From Macrostomum hystrix (lineage: Eukaryota > Animalia > Platyhelminthes): DNA of 64,000 nt. Below, one piece after another: positions 48,129-59,454 of the stretch. Below the pieces are notes generated by a model. The model did not search any database, was not told the DNA's origin, and saw nothing but the letters and a program-made list of their open reading frames with translations. The stretch's first letter is position 1. Every line of letters begins with the position of its first letter. The position numbers were made by a program, and so were the translations under genes. The stretch is taken from NCBI GenBank assembly GCA_950097015.1, contig CATNEN010000003.1, positions 12,524,001 through 12,588,000 of the forward strand, given 5' to 3'.

Positions 48129-48744
48129 CTGGAGTTTGACGAATGGGTTTTATTTAACTATTACAATTTTATTGCGTTTATATATGAGTAGATGTGGGTT
48201 GTGAAAATTGAACCATTGTGGGCACTGATAAATCCAATACTTCAGTGTTATCCTAGACCGAGCAGTCAAAATGCGCGCGCCCATAAAGGAATTAAAGGAG
48301 TTAAAACAGACACGCCCTGTGCTATTTTCTCCAACCGCCTTCAGCTATAACAATTATTTTCTATAGTAAATACAATAACTCATAAACTGCGTTTTATCAC
48401 GATTTAAAATGCGCCCATTCATTCCCACCCAGGCCTGACAGACGGAAATTTGCAGACTCATTGGCGACGGACTAATAACAATGGGCGCATTTTGAATAAG
48501 TTTATTCATATTATTCTACCTCTCGTTATAAAATGTACATTGGCCTCAATAAAGCATTTGTCATCTATACTAAAGTTACATTATACGAGTGAGTGACAGA
48601 ATACAATGGGAAAATTGAAACACACCGCGAAACACAATTGTAACACTCCAATGCTCGTATACTTTAATTCTGCTCTAGTTTTTATGCTTGCTTTGCTTTT
48701 TTAGGTGCAACTGTCCAGTGTTTACTGGACTACTGCAACTCTGA

Positions 48745-49345
48745 CAGTCCACTGGACTAGCCGCAACAGACTGTCCACTGGACTAGCCGCAACAGACTGT
48801 CCACTGGACTAGCCGCAAAAGACTGTCCATTGGATTAGATGCAACAAGACTGTCCACTGGACTAGCCGCAAAAGACTGTCCACTGGACTAGCCGCAAAAG
48901 ACTGTCCACTGGACTAGCTGCAACAGACTGTCCACTGGACTAGACGCAAAAGACTGTCCACTGGACTAGCTGCAACAGACTGTCCACTAGTCTACGGGAC
49001 TAGCTGCAACAGACTGTCCACTAGTCTACGGGACTAGCTGCAACAGACTGTCCACTAGTCTACGGGACTAGCTGCAACAGACTGTCCACTAGTCTACGGG
49101 ACTAGCTGCAACAGACTGTCCACTAGTCTACGGGACTAGCTGCAACAGACTGTCCACTAGTCTACGGGACTAGCTGCAACAGACTGTCCACTAGTCTACG
49201 GGACTAGCTGCAACAGACTGTCCACTAGTCTACGGGACTAGCTGCAACAGACTGTCCACTAGTCTACGGGACTAGCTGCAACAGACTGTCCACTAGTCTA
49301 CGGGACTAGCTGCAACAGACTGTCCACAAATCCACAGGACTAGCT
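48745..49345. repeat. Two-phase minisatellite: 26-bp unit (GACTGTCCACTGGACTAGCCGCAACA) changing to a 34-bp unit (GACTGTCCACTAGTCTACGGGACTAGCTGCAACA)
   Basis: 26-nt period at 48781/48807; 34-nt period at 49021/49055. Confidence 0.92.
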
Positions 49346-50282
49346 TCTGGCAAAATCAAGCGAAAAAGAGGGTATTACGAAAAAATCGGTTTCAAATCTA
49401 GTTACATTTAAATGGATAAATTTTTAAGTCAGGATCGCTATATTGAAGTACTCATGTAAACTGGCTTTAATAATCTAACATTGCTATTCTATCTGCAGCT
49501 CCCAATAGTATTTCTTGGCTATATACGTACTTTTATGGCTGATTGATGCCAATAATGGTCTTCTGCAGACCAAAAACCATTTAGATAACCTAAAGAGTTA
49601 TTTAGATATATTTTATATAGCATTCCTGTATGTATTTCATTCACATTCTAATGTTGTAAGTATACTTATACATGTTTAACGATCATTCGGTGTATATATA
49701 GTTGTTACTATAACGAGATAAATTGATATAATTATAGCTTACGTTTGCATGATATATAATATTACCAACTAGCATTTGTGTATTGCTAAGAATTTGACAG
49801 TTAGTTTTCTGTCAGCATCTTGTAGAGTTGGATATAGGGCAATACTATAGAAGGCGTGCTTCCGCGAAGACCTCCCTGAGTTTTTAATTCTGCAGTTTGT
49901 AATGAGAATGTTTCTTAGCAGAGGCAGGTGAATGGCGTCCCTGCTAATAATAAGCTACAAGCAAAAAGCTATAATTGTAACTGATGTACGCGCTCACGAT
50001 CGTACAGTCGCTTGCTTAGAACTAAAAAAAACTATGGAACCAATGTACGTACTCGGACACTGAAGTACAAATGTGCAAATCTCTTCCCCTATAAGGCCTT
50101 TCAAACAGCCAATGCGCTACAGACCCTACAGGAGCTTTTGCTGCAGCAATGCAGCAGCAACCTCACAGAAGAGCAGCTAAAACCAGTTGTCCCTGATGCA
50201 GAGAGCTACCTTGACTGTAAGCCAATTTACTTATATTGATTATCAAGCCCTAAGAGCCTCTGAAGTCGCGGCATCGTCAAGA

Positions 50283-51506
50283 ATGGCGTTGTTTAGAAAA
50301 TTAAATCGAGTTAAAATCTGTCTGCTGGCTATTTTACTAACGGCGATTAACATCTACATGATCTCAGGTAGATCCACCAACCGGACAATGCTCTACGCTA
50401 AACCGGATAACGACGCGTCGAAAACACGAGAATCAAGGGACACTACCGCAACCACAGCCACTAAGAAGAATAACTCAAGTGCAACCAGAGAATCTAATAA
50501 GCTGCTGGCTTCAAAGTTCAGTTTCAGCTTTAAAGCAGGCCATGCAGCTCTAAAACGCATGCAGAATGAGTCCATGTATTCGATACAAGGCAAAACAAAG
50601 CTGCCATTGTTGCGACTGTCGGCAGCTGAGAACGACTTCAACTTCCGGGCAGCCCACGGCAAGCTGTGGATGAAACAAGTTTCTGTGGTGTTCGTTGGCA
50701 CTGCTCGAAATGCAAAAGATCAGCTGCCAAGAAACATGGTCGACATTCATCGACTCGGCAAGAAGTTCAAGAACTACTGGATTGTGCTGGTCGAGAACGA
50801 CTCAAAGGACGGCACTCGGCAGTACCTGATGAATGTGGTGAAGGAGTTCAACCAGACCGTCATTCTGGGCTGTGATCCGATCAACTCTCCAGCAGAGTGC
50901 CAGCTCAACATCAAGTACCGATCTGGGAAGCTGCACAAGCCCGGATGGGCTCAGAAGCGAAGCGACGAAGAGCTGATCGATCGCGGCGTGACGATGAGCG
51001 TGTTGCGCAACATGATTCTGGACTACATCTATGCTCACCTGGCCGACAAGGCCGAGCTCATGATCGCCATCGAGCCCGACATCTCCTGGGATCCGTGGAA
51101 CCTGGACAACATTGCTCAGGGGATGTACTACTTCAGCAGTCGACCGCAGCTTGATCTGCTGTGCGCCAACGGACGTCTGTGGGGAAAACTGTACGACCCG
51201 TGCTCCAGGACCTACTACGCCAAGAAGCACTTTGTGAAAGTGGAAGAGGATGATCTCAGCATCGTGACTGACGTCGAGGCGGTCGAGCAGAACAAGGTTC
51301 CAATCAAGGTAGACTCTTGCTACCAGGCCTTCGCAATCTACCGGATCAGCAGCCTCGTGAAACGTAATGCGCACTACTACCCAGTGCCCGGAGAATGGAG
51401 TTGCGAGCACAACACGCTTGCCAGACGACTGTCTGAGAAGTACATCGACCCGGCAATGTTCCTGAACATCTACTCGCTTGTGGTTCATAGCAAGGACCGC
51501 TGGTAG
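50283..51506 (+). CDS. Intronless CAP59/GT69-like glycosyltransferase, copy B (407 aa)
   Basis: MALFRKLNRVKICLLAILLTAINIYMI TM, Thr/Ser-rich stem; identical to copy A from KTKLPLLRL to the stop except M>K and A>V. Confidence 0.8.
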   Translation: MALFRKLNRVKICLLAILLTAINIYMISGRSTNRTMLYAKPDNDASKTRESRDTTATTATKKNNSSATRESNKLLASKFSFSFKAGHAALKRMQNESMYSIQGKTKLPLLRLSAAENDFNFRAAHGKLWMKQVSVVFVGTARNAKDQLPRNMVDIHRLGKKFKNYWIVLVENDSKDGTRQYLMNVVKEFNQTVILGCDPINSPAECQLNIKYRSGKLHKPGWAQKRSDEELIDRGVTMSVLRNMILDYIYAHLADKAELMIAIEPDISWDPWNLDNIAQGMYYFSSRPQLDLLCANGRLWGKLYDPCSRTYYAKKHFVKVEEDDLSIVTDVEAVEQNKVPIKVDSCYQAFAIYRISSLVKRNAHYYPVPGEWSCEHNTLARRLSEKYIDPAMFLNIYSLVVHSKDRW

Positions 51507-53340
51507 CTGCAGTTTGAGGAATGGTTTTTAATAAATATGTTACCCATTTCCCGCGTTTATCCGCCTTGTAGTAAGTGCATGGCAGCTTTTGACTTTTGGC
51601 CGAGAAATCTGGATTTTTTCCGCCCAAAGATAGCTTCGCGTGTTACTGATGCAAGACACGTTATTTTTCATGGCTTCGGCTTGCCTAGTCAAAATTAGTG
51701 TCCGCATAATTGGTGCACCCTTTCGATCAAGAGCTAGCTTCGATCGATCAAGAAGAGCAAGACCTTTCGATCAATTGTCTTGCTTTACCGTTTTAAGAAA
51801 ATAATTCCTTTTTGCTATACATGTATTAAAATGTAAACATGCATGTATACATGTATTCTTGAGTAGATGTAAGTCGCGAAAATTGAGCTATTGAGGGCAT
51901 TGATAAATCCGATACTTCAGTGTTATCCTAGGCCGAGCAGTCAAATATCGCGCGCCCCATATAGCAATTGGCAAATACACGAGGACTAGACTCAAAAGAC
52001 GCAAAAGACACAAGGACTAGACTTGGCACATGGTGAGACGTACATTGGTAGTTTTCACAGATCCTACCAGCTAAACTTGTACACGTACATACCTTTAATT
52101 GTCACTTAGTCAGAACCTTGAAAAATTCAGTCAATGTTATTAGCGCCATCGGCTGTCGGTGTGAAATGCAAATACTTTTTGAAATATTGTAATTAAGGGC
52201 ATAAAAAGTTGTAGGCACTATACATATGAACTGTATAGAAAAAAGCTGCCTTGTTCGTTAAATAAGCAGCAAAATGTATAGCAATATAAAAACATGTCTG
52301 TCAAAATAGAATCTTTCTTTATCCATCAGCAGATAAAGAAAATATTCGCACCTTTATATATAAATTCATTGATTTCCGTGTTTCGCAAATCAATCATATG
52401 TCATGGCCAACTACTTTTCTAAATTAAGACTTTATTTGTACTTTTTGGTTTATCGGCGCCAATACTTACATCATTGTACTAAAAGTAGATGCGAGTTGTT
52501 TATTTGTGCAAAATGAATATTTTAGTGATATCTTGGGCGAAGGTGTCGAAGCTGTAAGCTAATATTGGTAATGAGTGAAGGCCTAAATCTAATAAGCTAT
52601 TTATAAGCTATAAAAAATTCAACAAGAAATTTATTCTCTAAAAAATCGCTTTAACAAACAAACAGTGCGATGACCTGGTATGTATATTTAAATGAGAGTT
52701 GTTACTTGGCGTGCTTTTAAATAGATCAATTGCAGCGATAAAAGTTTTTTCACGTTGATCATTTTTCACGCTTTATTCAAAGCGAATAAAAGTTTTTTTT
52801 CACGTTGATCATTTTTCACGCTTTATTCAAAGCGAACTACTTGACCCATCAGCAGACCTGGAAGTTTTGTAACGTGTATGCTTATGTATATATATATATA
52901 TATATATAAACGAAATTTGTCACTCACTTTAAGGCTAGTAGAATTTTACAATTGTCCATAGGCCTAGTAAAGTTAGTCATAAAATGAATCCAATTTAAAT
53001 TTCCTTAAATTAAATTAAGGAAATTTAATTAGGCCTAGCTTGACTAATTTGTAATTTGCACTATATTTGAAATTTACATAGTAAAAGCATCAAGGTCTAA
53101 GGACAGCCACAAGGATGAAATGTATTACAAACTATTTTCAGTTGTTTTGTGTTTAGCCACCGGCTCACCATAGGCATATGGTAATGGCTACAGTTCTACA
53201 CTTTCAAAACTCTAGCCTGTCAGTGTTATCTAGGCTAGAGTTCAATAATTTAAGTATTGGGGCCAGCAAGCTCAGCCTGCTAGCTTTATTTAAATTTAAT
53301 CAGGCTAGGGCAGGCTAGGCTAGAATCTAGATGTGTATTG

Positions 53341-53796
53341 GGCAATCTTGCAGTTCGGCACATTTAATTATTTTTAATTCCAATTGTATTCAATTTAATT
53401 TAATTAATCATTTAGTCAATTTCATAACTTCAGAATAACTTCAGTTTAACAAAACTCAATCTCAAGTTGCCAACATGGCAGGATGTCCACCAGCTCCAAC
53501 AACCATTATACCACCTAGTGAACTCCGACAGCCTGTGGAATTGTGTAACTTGGACCCTACAATGCGTGAACTGGGTACAATGATGGCAAATCCAATGGAG
53601 ACCATCAAGTGGCTGGCCAAGTATCTGCTTCTGGCAAATGAATGCCATTGTGACAGTTGTCTTGGTCATCCATCAATGCATCTTCAACATCGCATTGCAT
53701 TGCATTGCATTGCATTCCGTTGTCGTTAGGCCTATGTTGCCATCTAAAATGATTTAAAATTAAAAAAAATTAAATGTGCAGAACTGCAAGATTGCC
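53341..53796 (+). mobile_element. Second Merlin-family deletion derivative (different subfamily, older)
   Basis: TIRs GGCAATCTTGCAGTTC(G/T)GCACATTTAATT; flanks GTGTATTG / ATGTAATG (6 of 8 match, decayed TSD); ORF 53475 MAGCPPAPTTIIPPSELR...WLAKYLLLANECHC homologous to ORF 20119. Confidence 0.85.
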
Positions 53797-55484
53797 ATGT
53801 AATGTTCTGGAAAATTGGCTTGTCATTTAATTTTTTATAGTCTGACTTAGCTGTAGGCCTAGGGTAGGCCTAGTCTGAAAAAAGCTTACATAGGGCCTAG
53901 CCTAATGAGAAATTCAAACATAATTTTTTTTAACTTATAACAGTGGTTGTATAAACAATCATATTGCAATGACAATAAGTCAGGTTAACTTTGTGACACA
54001 TTAAATTAGGCTATTTTGAAGAAATTTTGTGTATTTTAAATTCTAAATGTCATATTAAAACTAAAAGTGAAAAAATGCCGTACATATGACTTATGAGCAA
54101 TAGTCAAAAAGGCTGCCTTTGCCCATAAAAAATTCTGGCTTAAACAAAGCTTTACTTAGGGCATGTGAATTTGGGGCACATCCATTGTGCACAGTCATTT
54201 TGTCTGCTGGCAGACAAAACAACTATTTTTAAAAATGATAAGAACTGTAAAAATATTCTACAACATTTATTAATAAAAGTATATTTATGATTATAACTGT
54301 TTAGTTTATATAATTTTAATAAACATTAAATTTTTGTTTCATAGCTTAATTCATAGAACTATCATCAGAATTTTGAAATGGTCTTTTAAGAAGAATATTT
54401 TTGTCTTTATGGCCTTAGCTTTCATGGATGGTTGTGTTGTTTGTCACCCTTCAGTATGACAAGATGCAACCATTGGCAATGTTTGGAAATGGAAATGTTT
54501 TGTTCCGGCTATGTGTATTTATAGGCTTCTTTTTAGCTCCAAAACTTTCAAAAAAACTTTCAGAAAAAAACAAAAATATAAATTATTAAGATGTTCACAT
54601 AACATTTCAATACAAAGCTTGATAGTATATTTAGTATTTCTGGCTAATGCCTATGTGAGCAGATAAATGGACTAAATCATAGGCATTTAGGCAGACAAAA
54701 TGGCTATATTGTATATTGGCAAACAAAATGACCACCAACAGTTCACACTGAGGATGCACAAAGTGGTTTTTAGTGTGCTTGTGCCCATATTGCTGATGGT
54801 TTTTGTGTACGCTGAATTATTTTCTAGACATTTTTCAAGTACATACCAGCCTTAACTATGTAACAATGTTATTTGTAATTTGTAATTTGTAATTTTTACT
54901 TAATGGCACATTAAACAGTGATGGACCAAGACCACCAGAGCTAGGGTAGGGGTCTAGGGGGAATAACTGAGGATCTTCCATTGGATAGCTTGGGTGGGTA
55001 GACAAGAGGTTAGTAATGGCTGGCTCTAGGGTTTATTGGCAGGTCAATAATTATATTTCAAACCAAAGCAAAAACCTTGAAGTTGTTTTTTCAGGTTCTT
55101 AGGCTTTTAATAATTGGTGGGGGACAAAAATTATTTCTTTGTTAAAATATTTGAAGATACTAAAAAACAAATGTAGTTACTTTGTTGATATTAAGGGCTT
55201 CTAAAATAAAAATTTACCTTAAAAATTATTGGTCATCACTTGGAAAACAAGCTATTATTAGAGAAAAGAGATATGACGAGACTTGCTTTCCTTAAAAATG
55301 TTTTGAGTTTGTATTGTACACATTATGGGTAAGGAAAGAGTAATAAAAAAACAAGGCCTTAATCTTTATTGCATAAGGAAAGGACTGTATTGCTGGCTTT
55401 TTCCATGGGCAATCAAAAGAGACATGACAGTTTAACAAAAATATTTAATTAAAATATTAATTAAGCATCTAACGTTCAAGGTTA

Positions 55485-56105
55485 GGTGGTTGGTGGCAGA
55501 GCCATTATCAAGTTTGCCTCTCACACCATGGTCCCTAAGTTCAATTCCATGGCAAGGCCATATTTATTTGTGGCGAAGCCGCATAGAGAAGGCTTGAGGG
55601 CTTGTCATGCAATTAACGCCCTTGTGGGCCAACCTCCAAGGCACAGTAAAATGTACACTGCCTGACAATTAGAAAGTCAGGGCAGATCATACATGCGCAA
55701 CCTCCCAAATCTTAGCCAGCTGTGCGACTTAGTTTTTGCTCTCATTTGCAACTTAGTTCATTTCATTGCTCTATTTACAACTTAGTTTGCTCTCATTTGC
55801 TCTCTTTTTCTCTCCCCTTTTTCCTTTTCTTCATGCCTTCCTTTTTTGTCCCTTGGACCCCCTTTGATTTTTTTGCGACTTACCTTGCTTGGCCCTCGTT
55901 TCACCCGGCTGGGTTGGCCGGGTGTTGTGCATGTATGGGGCAGATGTACACACCTGTGTGAGCATATGCCTGCATACAGTAATTGTGTGCGTGTGTGCTC
56001 AGGAGTCAGCGAAATGGGCAGAATTGTCTCCTTGCTGGCTGCGGGTCTAGTGTCACTAATTGATGTGCCCCTGCCTGCAGCCCCCTGCAATTATTATAAT
56101 TATTT
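55485..56105 (+). mobile_element. SINE-like family copy 3, diverged, with about 250-bp internal insertion
   Basis: GGTTGGTGGCAGAGCC...AAGTTCAATTCC head; GGGCCAACCTCCAAGGCACAG; resumes GGGCAGATGTACACACCTG at about 55938; ends CAATTATTATAATTATT like copy 1. Confidence 0.7.
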
Positions 56106-56544
56106 TTTAAAGTTCAAGGTTCCCACTGTACACTTTCAAGGATATGGATGTGAATGTGAACAAAACAATACCTATTTAGCAAGTTATCAGTGCTGGTCAA
56201 GTTGTCAAGTTGCATATTGTTGACTATATCAATACAATTAGTTATCATGTACAAGGATAAAAAGTCATTGCATATGATATACCAGTATTGTAAGTTTATT
56301 TATAGTGTAATCTAACTTTTGTCATGATTAAATACAATATGAACTTACATTATGTAGCTAACTGTTAGTTAGTTAGTAGCTAATAATTCACTTCCTTATA
56401 ATAATTATAACATAAAAACTTTAAATGATTTTTGCAGCTAACTCCTAAAATAAGGTGCATCATATTAAACAAACAAAGCACAAGACAAAAAATAATAAAC
56501 TGTGAGTGAAAGTTTCATTAAAAGTCATTCACTGCAGCCCAGAA

Positions 56545-59412
56545 ATGGCAACTAAGAAGACTTTCGAAGGCGCTAGAAGACCCGCGCCAAAGTTTAATTT
56601 TATGCCAAAGCAGGCGACAGACAATGCATTGTCTGGTTCGGCAGCCGCTGGAGCAGATGATGCTGCTGCAGCTGCGGCTGCTTCGGACGATGAAATTGGC
56701 CTATCAGATGATGAAGAGCCAGAAGAAGTTGTTGAAACTATCTCCGCCGAACGTGATTTGCGTCGGTCTTTATCGATGGCCGCTGCCTTTGCCGAGGCCA
56801 CCGAGGCGGGTGCGCCAGTATCGCGCTTGCACGCTGAAGCTGTTGAACAGACTATACTTAGTACGGCATTTGAAACGCCAACTACTTATAATCCTCTGCA
56901 GAAGAGGCAAATTAAAATTAATCTTGGCACAGTACCAGCACCAAGTCACTCCGCGTCAGCTTCTCAGCAGGCGTCGCACACTGCTAGGCCTCTGTTGCCA
57001 AATCCAGCCGAGCTAGCTCTTGGTCAGGGTTATGTGTTTAATGCTCCACAGCAGCAGCAGCCGACTGTTTCTATTGCCAGGCCGAGAACTCCACCAACTC
57101 CTCCGCTGCCAGCTTCTTCAAATTTATCATCATCGTTTTCGTCACTTTCAGCTGGTACTTCTGCTGCTGCTTCTGCTAGGCCGAGAACTCCGCCAACTCC
57201 ACCATTGCCATCATCGTCCATAAGTAATCCGGCGCTTAGCCATCTAAGAACTCTAGACTTTAGTAGACCTCCGCCAGGATTCGAGCAGTTTCTAAACAAT
57301 CAGCAGCAGCAACAACAATCGAATCTGCAATCTCATCAGGCAAATTTTATGATTTCGCCTAATTTTATGCAGCCTCCGCAAAGTCTAAGCTTGCCTAGCA
57401 CGGACCTGCCACCGCTATCCTTAATAGGGGGTCCTCGCGGTCCCCTACTGGGCGATAGGCCGGTGTCGGAACAGACTCGTCGAAGTCTGCCGTTGCCTAG
57501 CCAATTGCCTGGGCCACCAGCGCCTCCGCCTTCCACTGTATCGCTGGTTGCATCCAAATCGCTGCAGCAGCAGCAGCAGCAGCAGTCATCCACTCTGCCA
57601 GGAAGGCGTGTCTTGCTAGACGAGCCGCCGCCAATAGCTATCACCGCCGAGACTGAATTAGACGACGACACTGAAGTGAAACAAACTGAATTATTCTTTG
57701 AACAACTTGAAGCCTGGCTAGCCCACATTAAATCTTACGAGTCTGATATGAATGAATATTTTCAAAACTGCGCCAACCAAATGCACGAACACTATGGTGG
57801 CGCCGAGCAGACTGAGGAGAGTAAAAAAGTTCACGAAACCGAATACAGAAAGTTATACGACGAATATGAAAAGTTTTCCGCCTATATGCGCCAAATGAGC
57901 CAGCATTACGAAGACACCAAATCAAATCTAGAAAAGCGACGCTCTGCCGCTATTGAAAAACGCGACAAGCGTCTAGCCGAGAAGAGAGCTCTGCGCGAGA
58001 AACAATTAGCCGCGCACGTTGAACCAGTTCGTAATGCCGAGATTCCCAGCACCACTAGTAGTGTTAGCAGTAATCTCTTGGTAGAAGCCTATTCTACTCC
58101 AGCAACCACTGCTTCGTCCGCGTCGCATTCCACCTTGATGTCATCGTCCAGCACGTCGGCTGCCGCTGTGGCAGGCGCAGCAGCAGCCGCAGCTGTCAGC
58201 TCTCTCAGTCGAATGGATTTATCTGATCCGAATTCTTGGAATAAATTTGCCGCCAGTCTGCCAGCAAATGCGGATATGGCGGCCTATTATCGAATCTACT
58301 GCAGCCAGATGGTGGCTAATTTTCAGCGCATGCTAATTGGCGTACCTCCAGCCGAAGCTGAACGCTTATCGGCTGCTTTAACTGCCACGCTGCAGTCCGA
58401 AGGACCAGCGGCTAGCGGCGGCGGCGGCGGCGCCGATTCTGGCGCTGAATCCGACGACGGCCTCGTTGCCGGCGGATTAACCTTGCAAGGATTAACTAGG
58501 AATCAGCGGAAGAAGCTGCGCAAGCGTGCCAAAGCTTTGCAGGACGCCAAAGCGGCAAAACGGCATCATAGAAAGCTGCTATTGGCCGCTCCGTCAACCG
58601 CGGAATCCAGCGAATCCGCCGCAATTGGCGAGGCCGGCAGCGAAGAGGACGCTGATTCGGCGGCTAAAAAGCCCACACCGCCGCCAGGGTATATGGACCC
58701 GGCCGGTGATCCGCGCCTAGTTATGCAGGATTATTTTGAACGCTTTGCTAATGGCAAATGGAATTACGCCACTTGGAATCAGTACATTACAGTTATGCAG
58801 CGGCACAATCCTGCCTGGTATGATGTGTTTATTAGCCAATCTAAGCAGCATGGCATTAACTGGGACGATATGTATCGATATTATACTGGCGGTAGTGTAG
58901 CCGATCACCTGTCAGATTTAACTGGCGGCGCCGTCAAGAGTGTCAGCGGTGGCGGCGGTAGCGGCGACGGTCCCTCTCTGTTAGAATTAGCCGCACAGCC
59001 GGCGCCGCCGCCCCCTCCGGAGCGTCTATTCGATGATGACGATAAAGATGCGGCTGATACATTAACACTTGACAGAGACGATCTAATTGAACTAGACGCT
59101 TTGGATAACACTGCCACCGCTCCTACTGATAGTAGTAATGCGCGAGATAATACAACTAATAAAAAATCTAAAACCAATGAAGATGACAGTGGCGACGATG
59201 ACGACGAGGATGACGACGAAGATGAAGACGATGACGACGACGATTGGTCGTTTTGCAAATTGTGCAATCAAGAATTCCGCTCAGAGCGCGGTTATCTAGC
59301 TCACCTGCGCGGTGTGACCCACATGAAGCATGCTTTGGATAGGGCTGCCAGCAAGAAGCCGCACATGTTTACTGAGGAGCGGGCTAGACAGGCCGAAGCA
59401 GTCAAGGCTGAG
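56545..59412 (+). CDS. Large first coding exon of a Pro/Ser-rich protein with coiled coil, acidic tract and U1/matrin-type C2H2 zinc finger; gene continues beyond the window
   Basis: ATG at 56545 after CACTGCAG|; open for over 950 codons; basic NLS-like RNQRKKLRKRAK; FCKLCNQEFRSERGYLAHLRGVTHMKH; donor GAG|GTGAGA at 59412/59413 immediately before the satellite. Confidence 0.85.
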
Positions 59413-59454
59413 GTGAGAAAGGGACGCTGGTCTAGAGATCAGAGTAGCGATAAG

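Noticed and set aside
52735-52835. About 50-bp direct duplication and nearby AT hairpin at about 52990-53030
   Set aside because: Two-copy local duplication and low-complexity palindrome with no further support
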